Shown in pieces: positions 14,382 through 21,511 of a stretch of DNA of 21,511 nucleotides. Numbering within the stretch: position 1 is the first letter of the stretch; every line of letters begins with the position of its first letter. This DNA is from Candidatus Bipolaricaulia bacterium. Lineage in GTDB: Bacteria; Bipolaricaulota; Bipolaricaulia; JBHIAT01. Location: assembly GCA_046758705.1 (NCBI GenBank), contig JBHIAT010000049.1:1-21511 (forward strand), in the 5' to 3' direction. The notes below the pieces were generated by a model that saw only the letters and a list, made by a program, of their open reading frames with translations, did no database searches and was not told where the DNA came from. Position numbers and translations under genes: made by a program.

Positions 14382-16559
14382 ATGGGGTTTCCTGAGGATC
14401 GATACACCCCTCACGGGTATATTCGTAACCCCTACGATTTCGGGCCCCACTGGGGGTTTGACGGGAGCGGCACCCTGCGGTCGAGCCCGGCCTGTGGGTT
14501 CGGATGGTACGATGGGTACGAGACACGAGATTATCTGTGCCGGATGAACGTCGGTGTGAAGATCGGCTCCGAGCTGTTTTTGCTCCCGATAGATTTTTCA
14601 AAAGCGGGGTGTGAGCTTTACTCCAGTTATCATACCATCAACGTGATGAGCTACAACTGGGGGTTTCGTGGGGTCAAGGTCGATCTGCGCTTCTTCCTGG
14701 TCGATCGGGATGCTCTGGGGTGCATCGCCAACTTTACCGGGACTTTCAACGACCTGACGATCTATCTGGTAGGGACCTGCACCAAACAGGAGATCCGGAG
14801 TTGGCGCGGTGAAGCCTACGGCGAGTACCGGAACCGTGATGATGTCGTCCTCCTGTATACGAACGCCGGGCCCTGGTATGCGCTCAAGACGGACCGCAGC
14901 AGCACCGGCCACGAATTTTCCGATTCCCTGAAGCCGATGCACAAACAGATCGGGTCCGGGGAGCTGAGAAATCCTGGCCGTCTCGCCCTGAATCCGCTTC
15001 TGAAGAGAGAGTCGGTGGTCGGCACCTTAGGCTTCGACGGGGTGAGCGGTCCGCTGACAATGATCCTGGCGCGGGGAGGAACGCGGGAGGAGGCGGTGAA
15101 GACGGCCCAAGCTGCGCTGAGTCGCGCCGCTGAAACCTACGAATCCAAGATAGCCGAGGACACAGAGTTCTGGGACCGGGCCCCACGGCTCGCCGGTGAC
15201 TGGCCGGGGGCGTGGCGGCGCTCGTGGATCTACGATCTGGAGACGACCCGGATGTGTCTGTTCCCGCCCGCCGGGGTGTTTGAGCGAAGTTGGCCGACCT
15301 GGATGATCTATCGGCCCCGGATCGTGCTCGCCGAGAACGTGTTGGACATGATGCGCCTCAGTTACGCGGCCCCGGAGGCAGCTCAGGACACCGTCTTGCA
15401 CATGTTTGAGACCGCGCCGGAGCCCAACGTGCCGTGTATCCGGGTCAGCGGAGGCTACGACATGGTCGCCCGGGATGGGAGCACGTGCGGGACGTCCCCG
15501 GCCTGGTGTCTGCCATTCCATAACATTTACCTGATGTACCTGCGGCATCTCGACCATAAGTGGCTGGCCAAGCTGTACCCGTATCTGTGTGCTTACCTCG
15601 ACTGGTGGTTGGCGCACCGGACGGACGAGGACGGCTGGGGTTTTTACAAATGCACCTGGGAGAGTGGTGAGGACGGTTCACCCCGGCTCGACCCCCGAAT
15701 GACCGGCGACCGAGATATCTCCAATATCGTGATACCGGTGGAGGTGCAGGCATGCATCGCCCATTCGGCCAAGATTCTCTCCATCTTTGCTGGGAAGCTC
15801 GGCAACCGGGAGGATGTGGAACGCTGGCAGGCCGTCTTTGAGACGTACCGGGACAAGACACGGGCGTTGTGGGACAACTCAATGCGAAAATTTCGGGATC
15901 GGGACCGGCGAACTGACGATTGGCTGAACCTCGTCCCGGAGTCACCGCTGTCCCTCACCCCGCTCCTGTACGGCGTGGCCACCGAGGAGCAAATGGAATC
16001 CTACCGGTCTAGACTCGGCGAGTACCGGCGTCCTCCGGTGACGATCTGGCCGTCCGAGGCGCTGGTGACTCTCGAAGCCGGAACGGCGATCGGATGTCGG
16101 GAGGTGTGCGCCGAGCTGGCGTACTCACTGTTGGAGCGGGTATATCAGGAGAACGACCGCCGGGAGTTCAACGAGATCGGACCGCTGCCGGGGGCAGCCC
16201 GCGAGTATTGGCCCGAAGATCTCAGGGGCTGGGATGCGGCCGAGTGTTACGGATGGGGGGCCACGACGATGTCGATCTTGTTGAGGCAGATTGTGGGATT
16301 CGTGGAGCATGAGGAGACGGACGGGACGAAGCTGAGGCTGGCACCGAGTCTGCCGGAGCCAATGCGCACGCCTGGAGCGACCTACCGGGTGGAGAATCTG
16401 CACTATCGTGGCGTCGGGTTCGACCTCTCCTATCGGGTGGCCGAGAACGCCCAGATCACGGTGGAGATCACCCACCATCCACGGGCAAAGGTCGTCTCAT
16501 TCAGCGCCGACAACTTTGCAGAGTACACGCTCAGCTTGGTTTCACCCGAACCCGAATAG
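14382..16559 (+). CDS. GH63/MGH1-like (alpha/alpha)6 glycoside hydrolase
   Basis: AAGGAGGT SD. WLAKLYPYLCAYLDWWLAHRTDEDG, TWESGEDGSPRLD (compare WESGxDNSPR), REYW...ECYGWGA. Confidence 0.7.
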   Translation: MGFPEDRYTPHGYIRNPYDFGPHWGFDGSGTLRSSPACGFGWYDGYETRDYLCRMNVGVKIGSELFLLPIDFSKAGCELYSSYHTINVMSYNWGFRGVKVDLRFFLVDRDALGCIANFTGTFNDLTIYLVGTCTKQEIRSWRGEAYGEYRNRDDVVLLYTNAGPWYALKTDRSSTGHEFSDSLKPMHKQIGSGELRNPGRLALNPLLKRESVVGTLGFDGVSGPLTMILARGGTREEAVKTAQAALSRAAETYESKIAEDTEFWDRAPRLAGDWPGAWRRSWIYDLETTRMCLFPPAGVFERSWPTWMIYRPRIVLAENVLDMMRLSYAAPEAAQDTVLHMFETAPEPNVPCIRVSGGYDMVARDGSTCGTSPAWCLPFHNIYLMYLRHLDHKWLAKLYPYLCAYLDWWLAHRTDEDGWGFYKCTWESGEDGSPRLDPRMTGDRDISNIVIPVEVQACIAHSAKILSIFAGKLGNREDVERWQAVFETYRDKTRALWDNSMRKFRDRDRRTDDWLNLVPESPLSLTPLLYGVATEEQMESYRSRLGEYRRPPVTIWPSEALVTLEAGTAIGCREVCAELAYSLLERVYQENDRREFNEIGPLPGAAREYWPEDLRGWDAAECYGWGATTMSILLRQIVGFVEHEETDGTKLRLAPSLPEPMRTPGATYRVENLHYRGVGFDLSYRVAENAQITVEITHHPRAKVVSFSADNFAEYTLSLVSPEPE

Positions 16560-16568
16560 GGAGAACTC

Positions 16569-16841
16569 ATGGCGTGGAAGAAGGAGCTCATCAGAGCGGT
16601 GAAGATCTTGCTGGTCGGGTTCGCCTACGCGTTCTGGGGTGCCCTCATCATCATTCTTTTGAACTCCTTAGGTGTGATCCCCAGGATCTGGGCGATCGGC
16701 ATCGTCATAGGCTACCTGATCCTCATCTTCACCCTGACGATCCTGAACCTCATCGGGGAGAGCGTGGGCTACCGGCTGTTCAAACCGTTTCTGCGATTCC
16801 GATTTCCTCCTTCTAACCCTAATGGCCGCCAAGACCGCTGA
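16569..16841 (+). CDS. Small hypothetical membrane protein (two TM helices)
   Basis: GGAG SD directly after the GH stop. Two long hydrophobic segments. Overlaps the convergent permease 3' end by 23 nt. Confidence 0.6.
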   Translation: MAWKKELIRAVKILLVGFAYAFWGALIIILLNSLGVIPRIWAIGIVIGYLILIFTLTILNLIGESVGYRLFKPFLRFRFPPSNPNGRQDR

Positions 16842-17712
16842 GGGTGATCCCTTCGATGAAGTAGCGTTGGAAGAACAGGAAGACGATGATGATCGGCACC
16901 ACGATCAGGAACGTCATCGCCATCTGCTGGCCGTAGAAGATGGTATAGCGGTCGCTGAAGTTGGCCAGACCGAGGGGTAGGGTAAACATCTTATCGTTGG
17001 TCGAGACGATCAGGGGCCAGAGCACATCGGTCCAGGTGCCCATGAACGTAAAGATGCCCAGGGTGGCCAGGGCCGGTTTGATGTTAGGAAGAACGACGCG
17101 AAAGTAAATCCCCAGCTCGCTGCTACCGTCGATCCGGGCGGCATCCATCAGCTCCGTCGGCAACGTCTGTTTGATGTATTGCCTCATGAGGAAGATCCCG
17201 AACGCACCCGCAGCATGAGGCACGATCAGCCCCTGGTAGGTGTTGAGCCATCCCAGCCATTTCAACTCCCAGAAGACCGGAATCAGGGTGACCTGAAACG
17301 GAATCATCATCGTGGCCAGGATCAAGATGAAGATCTTGTTTCGGCCGGGAAACCGGAATTTGGCGAACGCGTAGCCGGCCAGAGAGTCGAAGAACAGGTT
17401 GAACAGAGTGACGGACACGGCGATGATGATGCTGTTCATGTAGTAGCGGACCAGTGGGACGGAGGAAAACACCTTGTAGAAGTTGTCCAGCGTGAACGGC
17501 CTCGGGATGAACGTCGGCGGATAGAGGAGCACCTGATCTGCCGGCTTGAACGCGGTGCTGGTCATCCACACGAACGGCAGCAGCATGGTGAAGCCGAGGA
17601 AGATGATGATGAAATACAAGAATGCCCTGAACAGGATGGCTTGAGGAGGTAGTCGCCGCTTTTTGACGACCCTCACGACCTGTATCCGTTCACGCCTTAA
17701 TACCTCAGCCAT
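16819..17712 (-). CDS. Carbohydrate ABC transporter permease (MalG-like)
   Basis: LAGYAFAKFRFPGR, MMIPFQVTLIP, and the EAA loop ELMDAARIDGSSELGIYFRVVLP; ends FQRYFIEGI. Confidence 0.93.
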   Translation of the reverse strand: MAEVLRRERIQVVRVVKKRRLPPQAILFRAFLYFIIIFLGFTMLLPFVWMTSTAFKPADQVLLYPPTFIPRPFTLDNFYKVFSSVPLVRYYMNSIIIAVSVTLFNLFFDSLAGYAFAKFRFPGRNKIFILILATMMIPFQVTLIPVFWELKWLGWLNTYQGLIVPHAAGAFGIFLMRQYIKQTLPTELMDAARIDGSSELGIYFRVVLPNIKPALATLGIFTFMGTWTDVLWPLIVSTNDKMFTLPLGLANFSDRYTIFYGQQMAMTFLIVVPIIIVFLFFQRYFIEGITLSGLGGH

Positions 17713-17732
17713 GATTCAATTTCCCTTCTGAG

Positions 17733-18629
17733 TCACAGTCTGATCCCCCGTCCGAAGTACCGCCACTGTATCATCGAGAAGGTAAAGACGATGAGGAACA
17801 GAACATAGGCCATCGCCGAAGCATATCCCATCCGGAAGTACTGGAACGCGTTGTTGTAGATGAAGTAGACCATCACGTCGGTGGTGTAGTTGGGTCCACC
17901 CTCGGTCAGGACATAGATCGGGGCGAAAACTTGGAACGAACCGATCAGCGACAGCACCATGACGAAGAACGTCGTCGACTTAAGCAGCGGCCAGGTGACG
18001 TAGCGGAACAGTCGCCACCCCGTCGCGCCGTCGACCCGAGCGGCCTCGTAAAGTTGATCCGGTATGCCCTTCAACCCGGCTGCGTAGATCACCAGATTGA
18101 ATCCGATCACCTTCCAGACGGTCAGGGTGATGACGGTGGGCATGGCCAGCGCCGGACTCGACAGCCAGTACTGTTTGGGTATGCCTAAGAAGCTCAAGAA
18201 GTAGTTGAGCAGGCCTGTCTCTGGATTGAGGATCCACTGCCAGATCACCGCAATTTCGACCCAGCCGGTAACCACCGGCAGGAAGTAGATGGTGCGAATC
18301 AGGGTCGCCCCCCGAAACCACTTCTGGTGGAGGATCAGGCCGATGAACAGCGGGATGAACACCGCACCGGGAACGTACCCCAACGCGAAGATGAACGTAT
18401 TCTTCACCGAGTTAAGGAACAGCTCGTCCTTCAGGAGCTTGGCATAGTTCTGCAAGCCGATAAAGATCGGGTCAGAGAAGATCTCCCAGCGGTGAAGGCT
18501 CATATAGAAGGCAAAAAAGACCGGAAAGCCGATAAAGATCGCAAAAATAAGAAGGTCCGGGAGGATGAACAGATAAGCCGTGATCTCCTTGTAGTTCAGC
18601 TTTCTCAATCTTCTGGCTCTAGCGCTCAT
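17733..18629 (-). CDS. Carbohydrate ABC transporter permease (MalF-like)
   Basis: FIGLQNY, RTIYFLP, the EAA loop GIPDQLYEAARVDGA, LTEGGP and GYASAMA. Confidence 0.93.
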   Translation of the reverse strand: MSARARRLRKLNYKEITAYLFILPDLLIFAIFIGFPVFFAFYMSLHRWEIFSDPIFIGLQNYAKLLKDELFLNSVKNTFIFALGYVPGAVFIPLFIGLILHQKWFRGATLIRTIYFLPVVTGWVEIAVIWQWILNPETGLLNYFLSFLGIPKQYWLSSPALAMPTVITLTVWKVIGFNLVIYAAGLKGIPDQLYEAARVDGATGWRLFRYVTWPLLKSTTFFVMVLSLIGSFQVFAPIYVLTEGGPNYTTDVMVYFIYNNAFQYFRMGYASAMAYVLFLIVFTFSMIQWRYFGRGIRL

Positions 18630-18667
18630 TGTTCATCCTCCCGGTTTCTGTGGTTAACCGCTTACCG

Positions 18668-19993
18668 CTATTGGAAGCGCAGCACCTCCTGCTCAATCCG
18701 CCGAGCGGCGTCGTCCAACGCCCGTTTCGGATCCTTCGCCACCTGCGGGTTGAAGATGTTGTTGATCTCCGGCCCCAGCAGGTTCCTCACTTGGGTATAG
18801 CGATCGAGGATGTACTCGGTCGAGGAGTCCACCATCTGATCGATGAACGCGACCCAGTCCGGCCGTGTTTCGGCCATATAGGTATTGGCCACCGACATCC
18901 GGCCGGGCGGGGTGATGCCGAGATCCGTCCACGCCCTATGTGCTTCTGGGCTCATCATCGTCTTGAGGAATGCCCAGGCGCCATCCGGATTCTTCGCCTT
19001 GCGGGCGATCGTCCAGATCGACGAGAACAGCACATTGGTGAACCGCGGCGGCGGACTCACATCTCGCTTGAGCGGAAGTGGCACGACCTCGAAGTTCACA
19101 TCGGGGAAGAACAACTCGATGTGACCAGTGCACCACGGGCCGCACTTCATCATGGCGATCCTTTGCTGACCGAACCAATCGCCCTGCCAGCCCTCAGTGA
19201 CGCCTGGAGGAATGACCGAATTGTCCTCGAACTGCATCTCCCGGAAGAACTGGACGGTGTCCAGACCCACCTCGTTGTTGAACGTCGCCTTCCGCTTGTC
19301 ATCGCTCCAGATCTGTCCGCCGTTTTGGAGCAACCAGGCCCAGAACGGGTAGTCCCAGGTCAGGAGCGCGGCGGTGCCGTAGCGGACCACTTCGTCGCCC
19401 CTGCGGACTGTAGCCTTCCTGGCGATCTCTCGCATCTCACCCCAGTTGTTCGGGATGTCGAGACCCAGCTCGTCGAAGACGTCGACGTTGATGTAGAAGG
19501 CAAAGTCCATGGCATCGATCGGAATTCCGAAGATCTGATCCCCGTCCTTGTGCAGGAAGCCAAGCCCTGGCCAGAAGTCGCTCATGTCGATCCCTTCAGG
19601 CCCCTCGATGTACCTGTTCAGGACCATGGGGATGTTCCGCTTGTGCCAGCTGACCGTCTCGGTATCGAACATCTTGAGGACGTCCGGCCAAACATCACCA
19701 GCGATCGATATGGTGACCTTCTCTTCGTACTCTGGGATGTTGACGAGATCGATATTTCCGATCGACGGGTACTGAGCCCGGACCATCGGCACGACGTGGT
19801 CCTCCAGGAAGATCCGCTCCGGGTCTCCTCCCGCCCACCAGACGGTAATGTCACCGGAGGGGTCGAACCCCTGGCGTCCCAGGCTGATGACACCGCCCAG
19901 AGCGGTCACGATGCTGGCTGCCCCCATCGCCTTCAGGAACCCTCGGCGGGTGACCCGAGCATGCTCAAACGACATCGGTGCTCTTTCAGACAT
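18668..19993 (-). CDS. Sugar ABC transporter substrate-binding protein with a Tat signal peptide
   Basis: ATG at 19993 follows a GAAAGGGGGGAAG SD. Twin-arginine motif TRRGFLK plus a hydrophobic h-region. SBP_bac_1-type motifs FGIPID, FYINVDVFDELGL..PNNW, F.QQRIAMMKCGPW, AKNPDGAWAFLK. Confidence 0.88.
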   Translation of the reverse strand: MSERAPMSFEHARVTRRGFLKAMGAASIVTALGGVISLGRQGFDPSGDITVWWAGGDPERIFLEDHVVPMVRAQYPSIGNIDLVNIPEYEEKVTISIAGDVWPDVLKMFDTETVSWHKRNIPMVLNRYIEGPEGIDMSDFWPGLGFLHKDGDQIFGIPIDAMDFAFYINVDVFDELGLDIPNNWGEMREIARKATVRRGDEVVRYGTAALLTWDYPFWAWLLQNGGQIWSDDKRKATFNNEVGLDTVQFFREMQFEDNSVIPPGVTEGWQGDWFGQQRIAMMKCGPWCTGHIELFFPDVNFEVVPLPLKRDVSPPPRFTNVLFSSIWTIARKAKNPDGAWAFLKTMMSPEAHRAWTDLGITPPGRMSVANTYMAETRPDWVAFIDQMVDSSTEYILDRYTQVRNLLGPEINNIFNPQVAKDPKRALDDAARRIEQEVLRFQ

Positions 19994-20023
19994 GCTTCTT
20001 CCCCCCTTTCTAAGATTAAATTT

Positions 20024-20052
20024 AGTATAGTGCGGCCGTTTAGGCGGCGCAA
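20024..20052 (-). promoter_or_regulatory. Candidate sigma70 promoter of the sugar ABC operon
   Basis: TTGCGC (20052-20047), a 17-nt spacer, then TATACT (20029-20024), about 30 nt upstream of the ATG at 19993. Confidence 0.5.
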
Positions 20053-20079
20053 CTTTGGGAACTTGGGGCACATGAGGTC

Positions 20080-20123
20080 GCTATATCTTATAATTCCGGC
20101 AGATAGCGCTTCGGGATCGCCGC
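20080..20123 (+). repeat. 44-bp imperfect direct repeat, copy 1
   Basis: GCTATATCTTATAATTCCGGCAGATAGCGCTTCGGGATCGCCGC. An ungapped hand alignment to 20926-20969 gives 36/44 identities. Confidence 0.8.
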
Positions 20124-20370
20124 GCCGATCGTGTACAGTGGATCGACTATATTTATATTGGCCAAAATGCCAGGTGACCGACGGAGAGGTCAAGCCAGTG
20201 TTCAAAGGTCTTGATCATCACCATCTATATCTATACCATAGGATAGAGGGTTGTCAACTCCTACTAATGTACGATACTGTACAGTGACGCGTTTGTATCA
20301 CTATGCTTAAAAGCAGGGGGCTTAGGTGCGTCAGGATTTTCGCTAATATATCTCAACGGAGGTAACTGTA

Positions 20371-20622
20371 GTGAAGTCCTATACCTTTCGGGTCGTGATC
20401 GAGGAGGACACGTGGCCCGGTGAAACTGAGGGAGGCTTCCGGGCGTTCGTACCTGCCTTAGAGGAGTTTGGAGCCTCTACCTTTGGGGTTACCCAAGAAG
20501 AAGCGATCAAGAACCTTCAACAGGTTCTGAAGATGATTCTGGAGGAGCTTCTCCAGGAGAGTCAACCCATTCCTGAGGATATCGAAGTCTCTTCGGAACC
20601 CCGGGTGACCATCACCGTGTGA
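20371..20622 (+). CDS. hicB: Type II toxin-antitoxin HicB-family antitoxin (short form)
   Basis: GGAGG SD and a GTG start. YTFRVVIEED...GGFRAFVPALEEFGASTFGVTQEEAIKNLQQVL...QPIP. Confidence 0.85.
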   Translation: MKSYTFRVVIEEDTWPGETEGGFRAFVPALEEFGASTFGVTQEEAIKNLQQVLKMILEELLQESQPIPEDIEVSSEPRVTITV

Positions 20623-20623
20623 C

Positions 20624-20887
20624 ATGGCGATTGACTACAGCAAGCTCCGAAACCTCTCTGCTGCCAAGCTATCCCGTGCTTTAGAGCGGGATGGCTTCGA
20701 CTTCGTCCGACAACGAGCTTCCCACCGTCGCTACCATCACCCCGATGGTCGAAGAGTGACGGTTGTTTTCCCCCGGCCTGGCTACACCTATCGACCCAAG
20801 ACGCTCAAGAGCATCATCGAGACCCAGGCGAAGTGGACCGAAGCCGATCTCAAACGCCTCAAGCTTCTCCCGAAGTACGATCCTTAA
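20624..20887 (+). CDS. hicA: Type II toxin-antitoxin HicA-family mRNA interferase
   Basis: LSRALERDGFDFVRQRASHRRYHHPDGRRVTV...PKTLKSII. The catalytic His is present. Starts 1 nt after the hicB stop. Confidence 0.85.
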   Translation: MAIDYSKLRNLSAAKLSRALERDGFDFVRQRASHRRYHHPDGRRVTVVFPRPGYTYRPKTLKSIIETQAKWTEADLKRLKLLPKYDP

Positions 20888-20925
20888 TGGCGCCATATAA
20901 ATTCTTTCCTCTTTCCAGGATCTCT

Positions 20926-20969
20926 GCTATATCTCAGGGTTCTGACAGATAGCGCTTTGGGATCGTCGC
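20926..20969 (+). repeat. 44-bp imperfect direct repeat, copy 2
   Basis: GCTATATCTCAGGGTTCTGACAGATAGCGCTTTGGGATCGTCGC; matches 20080-20123. Confidence 0.8.
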
Positions 20970-20978
20970 AACCTCGGC

Positions 20979-21446
20979 TCAGTTTCCAGAGGTGGGGATC
21001 GATCTGATCACTGTGTAGACGGTCACATCTTCGGCGTACTCTGCCTCCTCTTCCCTCCCCACAACCTCCAGACCTCTCGTCTGGAGTCTCGCAATCCCCC
21101 GTTCTCGCTCTCCCAGTTGTTGAAACGTTCCTTCGCCGGTAAGGAACTCGCCGGTAATCACATCGGAGAACTGTCGCGTGGAGGCGATCGCTTTGATCAT
21201 CTCAACGCCGAAAGGTTCGGTCACCACAAACTCGAAATTAGAGACCGCATTCGGTATTTGATAGACGCGATCGGCTTCGACGAAGTTAGCCCGGTTGAAC
21301 CGGTTGGGGAAGATCAAGGTCACCCAGTCCTCAGCTGAGATGTGATACAGCTTCAAATAAGCATCCTGGTTCGAACGGAAGTAGACGGTCAGCTTTTTGC
21401 CTTGCCGGTAAGTAGACCCATCGCCCTTGCCTACCCAGACCTCTAC
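20979..21446 (-). pseudogene. DUF4384-like beta-sandwich domain gene, 5'-truncated or frameshifted
   Basis: The frame extends upstream of the ORF-track start: VEVWVGKGDGSTYRQGKKLTVYFRSNQDAYLKLYHISAEDWVTLIFPNRF...VTEPFGVEMIKAIAS. An in-frame TGA immediately precedes it, and the ATG at 21450 is out of frame by one base. Confidence 0.6.
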
Positions 21447-21460
21447 TCATGTTCCGCACT

Positions 21461-21489
21461 TTTCCAAAAGGGTTGAGTTGTGGTAGAAT
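21461..21489 (+). promoter_or_regulatory. Candidate extended -10 promoter firing out of the window
   Basis: TTTCCA, a 17-nt spacer, then TAGAAT, with TG at the extended -10 position (TGGTAGAAT, 21481-21489). Confidence 0.35.
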
Positions 21490-21511
21490 TGCGCCACTGA
21501 CACTGACGCTG

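Noticed and set aside
19994-20071. N-terminal extension of the SBP in the ORF track
   Set aside because: It contains the SD and the candidate promoter. Starting at 19993 puts the Tat motif at a normal position.
18629-20287. 552-aa plus-strand ORF
   Set aside because: It is the antisense shadow of the SBP gene in GC-rich DNA, is His/Arg/Pro-rich, and has no recognisable motifs.
1-21511. CRISPR array, tRNA/rRNA, transposase/integrase or other defence-system genes
   Set aside because: I recognised no regularly spaced repeat-spacer pattern, RNA-gene signature or recombinase motif. The 44-bp repeat has only two copies, 846 bp apart.

Overview
A 21.5-kb, GC-rich bacterial window in three parts. 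(1) 1-10.3 kb is a signalling/redox neighbourhood. It holds the 3' end of a TPR protein and two convergently oriented paralogues of a receiver + glutaredoxin-like + thioredoxin-reductase-like fusion, both lacking their two CxxC motifs. One paralogue is coupled to a cNMP-binding histidine kinase with a C-terminal CoA-binding domain, the other to a UBP-type zinc finger. SRPBCC, SnoaL-like, MFS and rhodanese genes lie nearby, along with several deletion-scarred relics (MBL-fold hydrolase, alpha/beta hydrolase, MFS 3' end, tiny gene remnants). (2) An AT-rich junction at about 10.3-10.75 kb carries a frameshifted Gmad2/GerMN-like relic that the ORF track misses. (3) 10.75-21.5 kb has a CPA2 antiporter, divergent GH65-like and GH63/MGH1-like glycoside hydrolases, a CUT1 sugar ABC set with a Tat-exported binding protein and no ATPase, a hicB-hicA pair bracketed by 44-bp imperfect direct repeats, and a 5'-broken DUF4384-like gene. 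I saw no rRNA, tRNA, CRISPR array or transposase. Family calls come from motif recognition by eye, not from database searches.
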